The translations under genes and the position numbers were made by a program. DNA of 64,000 nt from Mobula hypostoma (taxonomy: Eukaryota): positions 191,396,001 to 191,460,000 of the forward strand of contig NC_086097.1 of the NCBI RefSeq assembly GCF_963921235.1. Reading direction: 5' to 3'. The notes under the pieces are model-generated. The model did no database searches. It saw only the letters and a program-made list of their open reading frames with translations, and was not told the DNA's origin. Shown here one piece after another: positions 36,632 through 50,469 of this stretch. Within the stretch, counting starts at the first letter, position 1. Each line of letters begins with the position of its first letter.

Positions 36632-36757
36632 AACAGGTCTTGGCCCAAAACGTCGACTATACTCTTTTTCATAGATGCTGCCTGGCCTGCTGAGTTCCTT
36701 CAGCATTTTGTGTGTGTAGCTTGGATTTCCAACGTCTGCTGGTTTTCTCTTGTTTTG
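36632..36757 (+). mobile_element. Penelope-like terminal repeat fragment
   Basis: ggtcttggcccaaaacgtcgac...gatgctgcctggcctgctgagttc, homologous to 10837-10956. Confidence 0.75.
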
Positions 36758-37289
36758 TGACTAGAATTAGCTGAGGTTTTGCACACTGGTGGGGTGAAAC
36801 AATAAAGAATCATAAAATCATACATCGCTCCTCATGTATATTTCTTCTCATAATTCCTGCCCCTTTCCTTATAAGAACACTCTAGATTCACTGCTTGCAA
36901 ATAAGTGTTCACCTCTTGCCCTTCCCTCCATTTCCCACTCAGTTTCTCCCTATCCTTCTGTTCTTTTTAAGTTCTAACAAACAGCCTTGAAGTTCAAATG
37001 CTACATATTTCTCTTTTCACAGATGCAACCAGACCTGCTGAGTGTTTCCAGCATTTTCTGCTTTTATTGCAAACTGACAGTATCTGCAGATTTTTTCTGC
37101 CTGCCTTTGAACATTTTGCTTTCCAGATAATGAACAACAGAAGTTTGCTGAGTGCAAAAAATGAGTAAGAAAAGTGAAGACGGGAAATCACTATTAGTAT
37201 ATATCACATCAACATTCAATCACTCAGATATTGGCAGTGCACAAAATGTAGACCACTGTTTAAAGGCAATTTCTGCATGAGATGAGATG

Positions 37290-39068
37290 TGTATAGTATT
37301 GCAATGGAATAAAGGGAATTACAGAGGCATGAGAAAGGAGCTTGCCCAGGTGGATTGGAGTAGGATACTGGCGGGGACATTGGCAGAACTGAGATGGCTG
37401 AGGTTTCTGGGAATAGTTCACAAGGTGCAGGATACATATGCCCCACAGGAGAAGTTCTCAAATTGCAGTGGTCGGCAACTGTGGCTGACAAGTGAAGTTA
37501 ACGACTGCATAAAAGCCAAGGAAAATGCATATAAGGTTCAAAAGTGGGTGGGAAGATGGATGATTTAAAATCCAACAAAAGGCAACTAAAAAATTTATAA
37601 GAAGGGAAAAGATGAAATATAAGGGCAAACTAGCCAATAATATAAAGCAGGAGATGAAAAGTTTTATTCTGTTATATAACGAGTAAAAGGGAGGTGAGAG
37701 TTGATATTGGACCACTGGAAAATGATGCTGGGGAAGTAGTAATGGAGGACAAAGAAATGACAGATGAACTTAATGAGTACTTCGTATCAGCCTTCACTGT
37801 GGAAGACATTAGCAGTGTGCCAGAGATCCATGAGTGGCACTAGGCAAACTGAAAGGTCTTAAGGTGGTTAAGTCACCTGGACCAGATGGGCTACATCCCC
37901 AGAGTCCTGAGAGTTGTTGCTGACGAGATAATGGATGCATCAGTCATGAACTTTCAAAAATCACTTGATGCTGGCATGGTCCCAGAGCTCTGGAAGATTG
38001 CAAATGTCACTCCACTCTTTAAGAAGGGAGGAAGACAAAAGAAAGGAAATTATAGGCCAGTTAGCCTAACCTCAGTGGATGGGAAATGTTGGAGGCTATT
38101 ATTAAGGATGATGTTTCGGGGTACTTGGAGACTAATGATATAATAATTCAAAGTCAGCATAGTTTCTGCAAAAAGAAATCTTGCCTGACAAATCAAATAG
38201 AGTTCTTTGAGGATGCAACAAGCAGGATAGACAAAGGAGAGGCAGTGGATATCATTTACTTGGATTTTCATAAAGCAATTGATAAGGTACCACACGTGAG
38301 GCTGCTTAACAAGATAAAATCCTATAGCATTACAGGAAAGATACTGGCATCAATAGCGGAATGGCTGACAGGCAGGAGGCAGCGAGTGAGAATAAAAGGA
38401 GCCTTTTCTGGTTGGCTGCCAGTGAATAGTGGTGTTCCTCAGGGGCCAGTATTGAGAGCGCTACTTTTCAATGATTTGGATAATAAAATTGATGGCTTTG
38501 TGGCATGAAGCTTGTGGATGATACAAAGATAGGTGGAGGGGTAAGTAAAGCTGAGAAAACAATGTGATTGCAGCAGGACTTAGACAAGTTGGAAGGATGG
38601 GCAAAGAGTGGCAGATTGAATACAGTGTTGGAAAATATATGATAATGCATGTTGGTAAAAGGAACAATAGTGCAGACTAATATATAAATGGGGAGAAGGT
38701 TCAAACATCAGAGGTGCAAAGGGACTTAGGAGGTCTCAAGCAAGACTCTCAGAAGGTTAATTTACAGATTGAGTCTGTGATAAAGAAGGCCATTGCAATG
38801 TTGACATTTATTTCAAGGGGAATAGAATATAAAAGCAAGGAGATAATGCTGAGGCTTTATAAGACACAAGTCAGGCCACACTTGGAGTATTGTCAACAGT
38901 TTTGGGCCCCATATCTCAGAAATGATGTGTTGGCATTGGATATAGAGTCCAGAGGAGGTTCACGAGGATGATCCCAGGTATGAAGTGGTTAATATAAAAG
39001 GGAGTGTTTGGCAGCTCTATGTCTGTACTCACTGGAACTTAGAAGAATGTGTGGGGATCTTATTGAAA
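37290..39068 (+). mobile_element. Degenerate CR1 ORF2 fragment
   Basis: WKIANVTPLFKKG, NYRPVSLTS, YLDFHKAIDKVPH, GVPQG, VRPHLEYC. Confidence 0.9.
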
Positions 39069-40846
39069 GGACTGCAGGGTAAGGGGAAAGCAGCCAGTGA
39101 GTGAGTGGGCCAGTGAAGGAGTGGAGCTTTGAGGCTTTGACTCAAGAGGCTTCGACGAGAAGAGGCGGAGGACAAGCTTGCTCGCAGTTAGTCTTAACAA
39201 TGCCTCCTGAGACGGTGATGTGCCTCTCATGTGAGATGTGGCAGTCTTGGGGGAATGCCCCTCTCCCGCAGAGTCACATCTGCCAGAAGTGCATACGGCT
39301 GGGTGATCCGGAAGACCGTGTAAGGAATCTGGAGCAGCACCTGGATGACCTTCGACTCATAAGGGAGAATGAGGCAGTCATAGATGAGAGCTACAGGGAG
39401 GAAGTCACACCTAGGCTGTCGGAAGCAGGTCATTGGGTGACAGTCAGAGGGGGGAAAGCGAAGGTGAGCAGACAGGTAGTGCAGAGCACCCATTTAACCA
39501 TTCCCCTGAATAATAAGTTTACTGTCCTGGATACTGTTGGCGGGAACAACCGACCAGGTGTGAGCCACGGTGGCAGGACCTCCGGCACTGAGTCTGACAC
39601 GGTGGTGCAGAAGGGTGGGACGGAGAAAAGCAGAGCTGTTGTCATTGGAGACTCAATAGTCAGGAGAGCAGACAGGAAATTTTGTGGATGTGAGAAGGAC
39701 ACCTGCATGGTTTGTTGCCTCCCAGGTGCCAGGGTCCAGGATGTCTCTGACCGGGTGCATGACATCCTGGTACGAGAGGGAAAGCAACCAGAAGTCATGG
39801 TACATGTTGGGACCAACAACATAGGCAGGAAGAGGGATGAGTCCTGAAGTGTGAGGTTCGGGTACTAGGCAGAAGGCTGAAGAACAGGACCTCAAGGGTG
39901 GCGTTCTCAGGATTGCTGCCAGTGCAACATGACAGTGATGGTAAGAATTGGAGGAGATGGCAGTTGAATGTGTGGCTGAGGAGTTGATGCAGGGAGCAGG
40001 GTTTTAGATTTTTGGATCATTGGGATCTCTTCTGGGGAGGGCGGGACCTGTACAGATTGGATCGGTTGCACCTGAACTCGAGGGGGAACAATATCCTTGC
40101 AGGTAGGTTTGCTAGCATGGTTCGGGAGGGTTTAAACTAATTTGCAAGGGGGATGGGACCTGGAGCGATAGAGCAGTGAAAGAAGTGCATGGAGTAAAGC
40201 CAGATCTAATATATAGAGAGGCTTTGAGGAAAGAGAAGCAGAATAAATGGCGTAAAGACAGTAAGGTAGAAGTGCTGAAGTGTGTGTACCTCAATGCAAG
40301 AAGCATCAGGAACAAAGGTGATGAACTGAGAGCTTGGATACATACATGGAATTATGATGTAGTGGCCATTACAGAGACTTGGCTGGCACCAGGGCAGGAA
40401 TGGATTCTCAATATTCCTGGATTTCAGTGCTTTGAAAGGGATAGAGAGGGGGGAAAAAGGGGAGGAGGGGTGGCATTACTGGTCAACGATACTATTGCAG
40501 CTACAGAAAGGGTGGGTAATGTAGCAGGGTCCTCTTTTGAGTCAGTATGGGTGGAAGTCAGGAACAGGAAGGGAGCAGTTACTCTATTGGGGGTATTCTA
40601 TAGGCCCCCTGGTAGCAGCAGAGATACAGAATATCATGGGTGACTTTAACTTCCCTAATATTGATTGGCACCTGATTAGTTCAAGGGTTTAGATGGGGCA
40701 GAGTTTGTTAAATGTGTCCAGGACGGATTCCCGTCACAGTATGTGGACAGGCTGACGAGGAGGAATGCCATACTAGATCTAGTACTAGGTAATGAACCGG
40801 GTCAGGTCACAGATCTCTCAGTGGGTGAGCATCTGGGGGACAGTGA
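39069..40846 (+). mobile_element. CR1 5' half (5' UTR, ORF1 from ATG 39200, EN), same family as 17213-20990, 3'-truncated
   Basis: CLSC...CQKC finger, heptad leucines, GDSIV, HVGTNN, YLNARSI, ITETWL; near-identical to 17213-18762. Confidence 0.93.
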
Positions 40847-42459
40847 CGTCCTATTGTGTAGATGCAAGGTTGAAACTAGGACTTGCATAGGATTAGGGAT
40901 TTATGATTTGCATAAACTTGGTGAGCCAAAAGGCTTTTTTCCCTGCTATATAACTCTGACTGAATGATTAATCAAAAGGTTGGTAGGAAGATCAGTTGCT
41001 TGTAGGTATTGAGTACCATTGCAGTTTTGGGGGTATGGGTGGGCTGTAGTGGGAGGTGCCAAAGGACAAAAGATAATTCTGGGACTTAGAGTGTTTCCAT
41101 TCTGGCAATGTGGTTTGAAAATGTGCAATTCCAAAGAGTGCCCACGTTTTGAGCACCCAGAACAATGTTCACATGAAATGTTTTCAAGTCAAATTTTCAG
41201 ATTGATGCAAAATAACACAGGTAGGGTCATAACCATGCTTCATAAAAATTGAAACATGCTAAGTAGTGTTATTTAATCTAATGTCTGTGTGTACTAGTAA
41301 TGCCAACAGGCTGGACATGTAACTGGCTGGGTACAAATGGAAGTGCACAAGGAGAGAAAAGTGAACAGAAGTGGAAGCACCAAACAGGACAAAAAAAAGA
41401 ATGAAGGTACAATACAAGGATTTGTATTCTGTAAAATACATGGAGGATGGGAAGAAACACTTAAAGAATGTAAGCAAACAATGTAAAGCTGAGCGAGAAA
41501 ATGATTTTGGGAAGTGAGTTTGAAAGAAAAGTGGAGATTTGGAAAAAAAACACAAAGAATAACAAAGAGCAAATATGATGGAGAAAGACAGAATGAAATG
41601 AAGGATAAACAACTTGGGACAAAATAGAAACAAGATATTATGACAAAGTAGGAGAGGGAAGATAGATAAATGAGGATAAAAATGAGAGAGATGAACAGAA
41701 CAAAGACATTTTATTTATCTTTAGTACAGCTGTATGCATTTAAAAGGAATCAATACTTCTTTCAGTGCTCCCAAGAACCTTCTTGGATTTCAGATGTACT
41801 GCAACTAAAGCATAATTGAGCAACCAATCATGACAACATTACTGAATTATCCATTAATCCCTATTCCCCCACTGAGCATATATCTGCTAAAAATAACACC
41901 AAATTCATCAATCCATCAGTGTGTATTGCAGCAGTCAGGAAGGACATGAGACAGGGAAAGGACAACCTTGCTGATGATGCCCTTCAGGCAATCTTGGACA
42001 TAAGAAACAATAGGCATCTACCTTGCACCAAAACTATAAAAGCAAATAAAAATTAGTTAGTCAACCAGCTTCATCCCAAATTTGTTAAGCAATGAAGCGC
42101 ATCAGAAACATTAACAAAATTATAATGAAATCATACCAAATTACTATTTAACAATAGGAGAAATAAACATATCTATTTAAATATATGCAATATGTAAAGT
42201 GTTGGAAATGTGGATTTCACTTAAACCTGTTCTAGATTAAACAGAAAAATAAGCAAACTTGGTTTTCCGATCTGACTATTTAGTTAAACTTTCCCAGAAC
42301 AATGGAAAATTTGTCTTTTAAACTGTTTGTGCAGTTATAATTACACCTAAATTTCTTGGATTTCTAATTAAAATAAAGTAATGCTTGCTGCAGTGAATGA
42401 TAGGCTCTCAGTAAGTGAAATAATGTCTGATTAGTGAAACTATCAATAAAGATTATTGA

Positions 42460-42960
42460 TGATTGGTAATTGGTTTATTATCGTCACATGTATTGAGATA
42501 CAGTGAAAATTTTTATTTTGCCATCTATATAGAACATTTCAAAACATAAATATAATGAGGTAGTACAAAGGAAATTGATAACAGAGTGAAGAATATAGTG
42601 GTTCAGTTATAGAAAATGTGTAGTGCAGGTAGGTAATAAAGTGCATGGGCCATGACAAGGTAAATTGTCTGGTTAAGAGTCATCTACGGTATATTACATA
42701 AGGTCTTTTCAGAAGTTTTATAACAACAGATTGTAAACTGTCCTTGAGCCTGTTCCTCTCCCTCTTTCCCTGATGGAGTATAGGCACAGCTCACTCCATC
42801 AGAGAAACCAACCTCCCCTCCATGTACTCTGTCTAAACCTCCCGCTGAACTAGGAAATCAACCAACATAATCAAACACCCCAGTCAAGTCTGGACATTCT
42901 TTTGTCTCTCCCTCCCATTCGGGAGAAGATACAAAAGCTTGAAAAGATCTGCCGCAAGGT
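42460..42960. mobile_element. Two adjacent old Rex-like 3' fragments in opposite orientation
   Basis: Minus tail ggtttattatcgtcacatg (42460-42755); plus TNLPSMYS..LPFGRRYKSL remnant (42780-42960). Confidence 0.55.
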
Positions 42961-43039
42961 TAGTGATACGAGTAAATACTTGATACAGAGATGTGTGACC
43001 TGATTTATATTGATCAGAGTAAATGGAGAAAAAATGTGA

Positions 43040-43610
43040 ATTTGCAAACAGAGAAAAGCTGAATGTTTGAAGGTCACCTAATAAATGCGGCGATATAAAT
43101 GATATCCAATTTATAAGTAGAAGCATTGAGTACATAGACAAGGAGATTATATTAAACCTTTGTAAAACACTAGTTAGAACCTGAGTGGAGTATTATTCCT
43201 TATTACGGAGACCCCATGCTGGGAAAGCTATGAAGGCATTCGAGTCGGTGCAGAATACTTCAAGGTTTGGTAAAATAAATGAAAATACTTCTCTTCACTG
43301 GCAGAAGGTTCAGTGAACAGATGATGAAAATTTAACTGGCAAAATAGCTAGAAGCAGCATTAGGCAAAATATATGCAGCAAATCGTCATGATCTGGTATG
43401 CATGCTTAAAGCAGGAATGGAAGGATACTAAACATAGCCATTAAAAGAATATAAAATATAACCATTAAGCGAAAACTGCAAATACTTCAAGGGAGAAAAT
43501 TTATAGAGTTGCAAGAAAAGAGCAGAGAATGGATTTAATTAGTTACCTCCTTGAAAGTGTTGCTAAAGCATAATGGGCCAAATAGTAGTACCTTTCCATG
43601 TTGTATCTGA
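43040..43610 (+). mobile_element. Old CR1 3' fragment
   Basis: RSIEY..KEIILNLCKTLVR remnant and atgggccaaatag-type 3' UTR. Confidence 0.55.
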
Positions 43611-46600
43611 GACAGCTGAGCATATGATCATATGAAGGGCAACAGACGTTTGTTGGAAGTTCAGTGAAATCAAATGAGCCTGTCAAGCCTGAGGATATTA
43701 CCAGGGCCCAAGTGAAATGTTAGTTTAAACACTAAGCAGACGGCTGCCCAGGTCTATGCCAGCAGACTGAATCTACAAAGACCTTCATTGACAGCCTGAA
43801 CAACTCATGAGGTATTCACCTGGAAATTACATGGTATCTGTTTGGGAAAATTAATTGAGTGATATCCAATGCCAGAACAAACATTCTCAAGGTTGCCATT
43901 TCGAGATTCAGTAGCATGCTGTAATCAAAGTATCGACTGTTTCTTAATAGTCTGTCATGCTGAGAAGCCTTTCCTTTGTTTGTTCCACATTGTAGAGTAC
44001 ACAAAGGAAATCAGGTAAGTCTGAATCCAGGGTAATAAGAAGTTAACTGTCATGAGGAGTGAGGCCCAATAGAGACCAACGATAGGGGTTTCAGTCACAG
44101 AGCATATAGCATTGGATTAAGGGAGAAGAGATGCAATCAGTTCCAGGAGATCGGTAGTTTGACTGAGATGAGGAGGAAGGTTAGTAGAAAACTGAAATGA
44201 TATATTGTTAGTAGGGATTGGTAGGAGGGTCAGGGCAAAGGTGAGGCTGGAAAGTCAATGGAGAGACTGAGTTGAGAGCTGATTGGTTGAAGAAGGTTGT
44301 TGCATGGTCAGTATAGATTTAAAAGTGTAGGAGCAGCAGATTACTGGTCGCAGTCAGGAGAAATGGTAAGCTTGTAGAGGCAGGGAGTCAGGTATCACTA
44401 CTTACCTGGGAGTGGGTCTAATCCCGTAAATTACAGAAACTGGTAGTTTTTCACCAATGAGCTTCAATCAAGGATCTTGAAGAAAGAAAATTAAATTTTG
44501 GAGTGAAAAACACTAGAGTTTTCTATGCAGTTTCAAAGTAGAGATGACTTTGGGTTCCCTACCCTAGATCTTCTTCCCCTCCACTAGCCAAATCCCACCC
44601 CAATCAGATGTCGACTACAAGAACCATTATGTTCAGATGATGGAGTCCTATAATCCTAAACCCCCCCACTCCTACCCATTAATCAGGCCGAATGTAAATG
44701 TTAAAATTAATCAGGCTCATCCCAAAGAAGCCAATCTGATGCATTGCCACTTAAAATGAACCCTCCCCTATATCAGACATAAAGCATAATCATAGAATAT
44801 GCCTCTAATTTTAAACTTCCTAGATTCCTTACAGGAGAGTATTGATTTGTATTTGGATTCAGATTTATGAATAACAACAGCTATGTGGCACCTTGGTTAA
44901 AGGTGGAGCTGGTTGTCGGAACACTACTGATAGGTGCATACTCAGGATTCTTAGCCTCATGTACAGTATGTCTTGTTTTGTCAAAATAATCAGCAATATT
45001 GGATCACACAGCCCAGGCACGGGATTGGATTCTGTCACAGAGTTCCCCAATGATTGACAAATGATTGGAATCTTATTCTCGTCCACGGGCACCATGACAT
45101 CACTCCAGGGCACGCTCTGGGGCTATAACCCACTCAGTAAAAGAGGATTTGATGAGAAACAGCAGCATAGAAACCAAGGCTATTTTACATCATATAGAGA
45201 TGAGCATTTGATAATAAAGTCAGGTGACAGCACATTTAGTTGTAACTTATTTGGGAAGTGCATTGATTCAATGCAATCAGCAAATACATTAATAATGAAG
45301 GCACTATATCATGATCTCTGCCAGGTCATTTGTGGCATTATTTTTCAGTCTAATTTGCAGCACTGAGAAAGTAGCTTTAAGGAAGTTCATAAATTGCCAT
45401 GATTATAACAGAGGTGAACGATGAAAATTTCTCAATGTTTTGAAAAAACAGATAAGAACTTTTTACGGGTGTAAATCAAATTGGGATTATTTCCAATTTT
45501 ACCGAGGAGAGCTAGTGCAGCAAAATGGACTGGACCCTACCCAGAAATTATGTGTTAATATTAAAACCAGTTTCCAATTCAAAAAAATAGTAGTTGTAGT
45601 CAGTGTTGAACAACCAAATCTTGCTACTGACCTCCAGAATAAATCTCCATTTACTTCAGTTGAGTGCCCAATTTTTCCCTGTAGTGTCCAAATTATTTAT
45701 CTACATTTATAAGACTTTTAATTAACCACATGAAACTTTATAGTTCCCCTGATTTCTACAGTAAGTTTCCTAAAACCCTGGAAACCCATGCATGGAATGT
45801 TAGACTTAAAAGCCTGTCAAAACCTTAAAAGAACTGCTTCATTTAAACAGTATAACAACAAACCAGACTCTTTGGAGGGGATTACCCAAATGTATCGAAG
45901 CAAGGAGGAATTGGTTGGCATACTGGAGGCAGATTGTGGACTTGCTGACCTCTTTGTCGTTTTTAATATTCCTCCCAAGCTCTCACATGTGTACTTGTCA
46001 TTATTAAAACCTCCTCTAAACAACAACTCTGCAAGATGGGCAAGAGTAAAATCTTAAAATATATATTGTTTTGACTTTTCAGGCATAGATCTCATTAGTT
46101 TCAATTTCTCTACGCTGATATTGACTCTACAGTGACGTGCCTGATGTTTCAATAGTTGCAAGACAAACAGATCAGAAGCTAGCCTGAAAAAAAAAGCAAT
46201 CAGGAAGCTGAGGAAAAAACTGCTTAATGTCCAGCTGGAATACAAGTGTATATTTTAAAAATTTAATAACCATTCGAATACTAAGCCGTTCCTTGCATGT
46301 CAGGTTATGAGAAATGCAGCAATTAATCCCATAAATTAGTGCTGATTTTTTTTCGGATTTCTTTCTTCCAGAGGGTAAATCAATGAACTATTCAATAGAT
46401 AACTATGGAATTCATAAAAAAAAAGCTTTACTGCCCAATGGCAACAGCTGTCCATTTATGAACAGTATCTGAGATCAAAGCAGTCAGAATGTAATATTAT
46501 AAAAATCTGTTTGGATTGATCCATGTTTTCCTCTGACCAAAAATAAATATATGAAATAAATAAAAAGTCAAAACCTGGCAACAAAATCATTAAACTATAG

Positions 46601-47907
46601 ACACTCTACTAAATGCATCTTGAATAGCATTGACAACAGTATATGCATTTAGACTTGTCACTTAATTACATTCATTAGAGTGGCTGATAAGGCAGCAAGA
46701 TAAAAGGAATTTGTGCATCTCATACAATCTGCATTATTGTCAAGGGACTATGCAACAAATTGTAAATTAATTGTTGTGGTATGAGGTTTAAACATGTATT
46801 GACATATTTAATCTTGCTCAGGAGACCTCATTACAGTGAATGAGTTTAAGCATAGTTCTGAGGTTGCTCAGATTCTGTCTAACTAAGATGTGAACCTGAA
46901 TTTTGAAGTATGTCATAACCTACCACTTTCAATATTCAACTTGGAAATGCTCCTCTATTTTTGCCTAGGTGTGGAGGAGAAGCCAATAAAGTTTTGATGA
47001 TTAACTATCAGATACAAGAAGCAGCCAATGTTGTCACAATTTCAAATGTTATCTTGACAATTTGGAACTTTAAACATTTACAATTTAGTCCCTCAAAGTT
47101 CATACTTTAATTCCACCATGCCTAAAGATGACTGATTTCTTCATCAAGTTTTAAGTCATCTTCATATTTCAGAAGTTCAAACCATTGTTTGTCTTTCCTT
47201 TCCCAGACATTAGTACCTTTTCCTTTCTATGCATAAATTTAATGTTCTTCACACATTCCACCATTTGCATGTACTTACTCATTCTATCTCTGTCTTACAA
47301 TACAAATGTTTCTGTTTACATTCACCATGTCCCCATCATCTTCCCACCATATCCATCCTAAATCTGTTAGATCAACCACATGCACAAATTCACATATCTC
47401 CAATTATCTTCACAACATGTACTCTATCACTCTATCTACAGAAGGATGAGCAAGCTGTCTGGAAAGGACAGGTTGGGAGTAGAAGTCCCTCATGTGTAGG
47501 CAAAGCAAAACCTTCGGCTACTTGGGAAAAGCAAACGCTCTCTTCATACCTTTTCTACATTGAGCTTAATATGCTTGCATCTACCTTTTTAATCCATAAC
47601 CCCTTTTCACTTCTTATAGGTTCTCTTCAAAACTCCAAGAAATTCCTGCAGCAGGAGATGAATCAAAAATTTAATGCATCCTGAAGATTCTACATCAGAT
47701 ATCTCTTCTCTTACTTTAAACTTTTGGCATCTCCTTCATGGGCAATCTTCATGAACGTGTGTGATTGACTACCACTCTGGCTTAGTGGATGTCAAAAATG
47801 CCAATGAAGCCATGTGGGAACCACAGACGGTCACAGAAGGGACAGGAAGATCCTGATGAGGCAAGTGAGTAGTTTGTTTATGAGATAATGTGCTGTCCTG
47901 CTGCTTT

Positions 47908-48225
47908 AAGATTTAAGATTAAATTTATTAGTCACACGTGCATTGAAACATACTGAGAAATACATCATTTGCATCAAATTAAATCATTGAGGATTGTGTT
48001 ATAGTTAAACCCACAGGTGTCATCACACTTCTGGTGCCAAAGTAGCATGCTCACAACTCACTAAACCTATGCAATACATCTGTGAAATGTGTGAGGAAAC
48101 CAGGAGGAAATGCACGCGGTGACAGGGAGAATATTCAAGCTTCATACAGACAGCGGCAGAAATTGAACCCCGATCTTACAGCGAGTTCTGTAACAGCATT
48201 ACACTACTGTGCCACCACATGTGCT
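47908..48225 (-). mobile_element. tRNA-derived SINE with V-domain-like centre and Rex-like tail
   Basis: Minus gtggtggcacagtag head, ggggttcaatttc B box, ctccctgtcaccgcgtgcatttcctcctgg centre, aataaatttaatct tail. Confidence 0.65.
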
Positions 48226-48289
48226 CCTGATTCAAGGCTTCAAGTTCCTCAATATTATCCCAGTGCTTCTTCTCCTCTTTGATCAGTTA

Positions 48290-48745
48290 TCAGAGTTTCC
48301 CAACAGTTGGTGTAAATGTTGCATTTCTTTAAGAAAGCTTTGAGAACATCATTGAGTCTTTGTTTCTGGTATCGTCCTTCCATGATAGAGCTAGGAACAG
48401 AATGTCTGTGGAAGATGTGACCTAGCTAACGCAGTGTAACAAAGGCCTTGATGCTGGAGAAGCTGGGTGGTGGAAGGACACTAATACTGGTTTCCTTATC
48501 TTTCCAGTGAATTTGGAGAATTTTGTGGAATGTGTTGTTCATGATATTTTTCCAGATGGCAGTTGTAAACAGTCTAGGTTTCAGAAGCATACAGGAGGTC
48601 TGCTCAGTAGAAAATGATCTTCAAAAGGTTGTGGTGGTGCATTGAGGAAGATGGTGACTATCATCAATGATGTCTGCCTTTGCCAGGAGGTGGTCTCTAG
48701 ATATCTGAAGCGCTGCATATTTTCTAGGAATTCGGCATTAATGTT
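48290..48745 (-). mobile_element. Old RTE-clade LINE C-terminal fragment
   Basis: Minus KILQIHWKDKETSISVL, LGHI, LNDVLKAFLK. Confidence 0.65.
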
Positions 48746-48749
48746 CACT

Positions 48750-50420
48750 ATCAGAATCAGGTTTAATATCTGGGCATAGGCTCGAGCTGCACCTAGCCAC
48801 ACAGTCACGGGTGTAGAGAGAGTAGAACAGTGGGCTAAGCAAGCATTCTTGAGGTGTGCCAGTGTTGATTGTTATCAAGGAGAAGATGGTATTGCCGATC
48901 CACACTGACTGTAGTCGCTAATGAGGAAGTCAAGGATCCAGATGCAGAGAGAGGGACAGAGGCCCAGGTTTTGGAGCTTCTTGATTAGTACTGAGGATAT
49001 GAAATATATTATAGTGTAGCGGGAGCAATTTAACTGAATTGAATTGGACTGAATTGACCTTATTTCTTACATCCTTCACATAGGAGTAAAAATCTTTAAG
49101 TTACATCTCCGTCTGAATGTGTAATGTGCAAATTATAGTAATTTGTAATAAATAGTACGTAAAGTAAGATATACAACAGAACAATCAATATAGCTTAGAA
49201 ATACAATTGTGTCAGCGTGAATTAATCAGCCTGGTGGCCTGGTGGAAGTAGCTGTCCCGGAGCCTGTTGGTCCTGGCTTTTATGCTGCGGTACCGTTTCC
49301 TGGATGGTAGCAGCTGGAACAGTAGGTGGTTGGGGTGATTCATGTCCCCAATGATCTTTCAGGCCCTTGTTAAGCACCTGTCACAGAATGTCCTGAATAA
49401 TGGGAAGTTCACAATGCCAGATGTGCTGGGCTGTCTGCATCACTCTCTGCAGAGTCCTGCGACTGAAGAAAGTCCAGATGCCATGCCAGGCAGTGATGCA
49501 GCCAGTCAGGATGCTCTCAATTGTCTCCCTGTAGAAAGTCCTTAGGATATGCGGACTCATGCCAAACTTCTTCAACCATCTGAGGTGAAAGAGGTGCTGT
49601 TGTGCCTTTTTCACCACACAGCTGGTATGTACAGATTACGTGAAATCCTTGGTGATGTGTATGCCGAGAAACTTAAATCTATTCACCCTCTCAACCCCAG
49701 ATCTATTGATGTCAATAGGTGTGAGCCTGTCTCCGTTCCTCCTGTAATCCACAACCAGGTCCTTTGTTTTTGCGACATTGAGGGAGAGGTTATTTTCTTG
49801 ACACTATTGTGTCAGGGTGATGACTTCTCTGTAGGCTGTTTCATTATTATTTGAGATTAGGCCAACCAATCTCATATCACCTGCAAATTTAATTAGCAGA
49901 TTGGAGCTGTGTGTGGTGACACAGCCATCGGTATACAGAGAGTAAAGAACGGGGCTTAGAACACAACCCTGGGGGGTTCCTGTGTTGAGGATCAAAGGGG
50001 CAGAGGTGAGGGAGGCCACTCTTATCATCTGCTGGCGATCCAGCTGCATAAGGCAGGGTGAAGGCCGAGGACGACTTTCAATAGGCAACTTTTGATAGTC
50101 ATAGTCATACTTTATTGATCCTGGGGGAAATTGGTTTTCATTACAGTTGCACCATAAATAATAAATAGTAATAGAACCATAAATAATTAAATAGTAATAA
50201 GTAAATTATGCCAGTAAATTATGAAATAAATCCAGGACCAGCCTATTGGCTCAGGGTGTCTGACCCTCCAAGGGAGGAGTTGTAAAGTTTGATGGCCACA
50301 GGCAGGAATGACTTCCTATGACGCTCTGTGCTGCATCTCGGTGGAATGAGTCTCTGGCTGAATGTACTCCTGTGCCCACCCAGTACATTATGTAGTGGGT
50401 GGGAGACATTGACCAAGATG
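48750..50420 (-). mobile_element. Cluster of three Rex-like fragments (~48750-49000, 49035-50080, 50095-50420)
   Basis: NTGTPQGCVLSPVLYSLYT, KFAGD, KKAQQHLFHLR, ESILTGCITAW, RKSFLPVAIKLYN; separate tails. Confidence 0.85.
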
Positions 50421-50469
50421 TGAAGGTGTTGAGTACAAAGTCTATTCACTTATATACTTTAGAGATTGA

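Noticed and set aside
41259..41720. Phe/Leu-rich minus ORFs
   Set aside because: Result of a purine-biased low-complexity stretch
44862..45150. Plus-strand hydrophobic peptides (transporter-like LWGYN)
   Set aside because: Stop and frame conflict at ~45060; similarity too short
46054..46245. Candidate exon LASDLFVLQLLKHQ after a strong acceptor
   Set aside because: No good donor in a phase matching the next candidate
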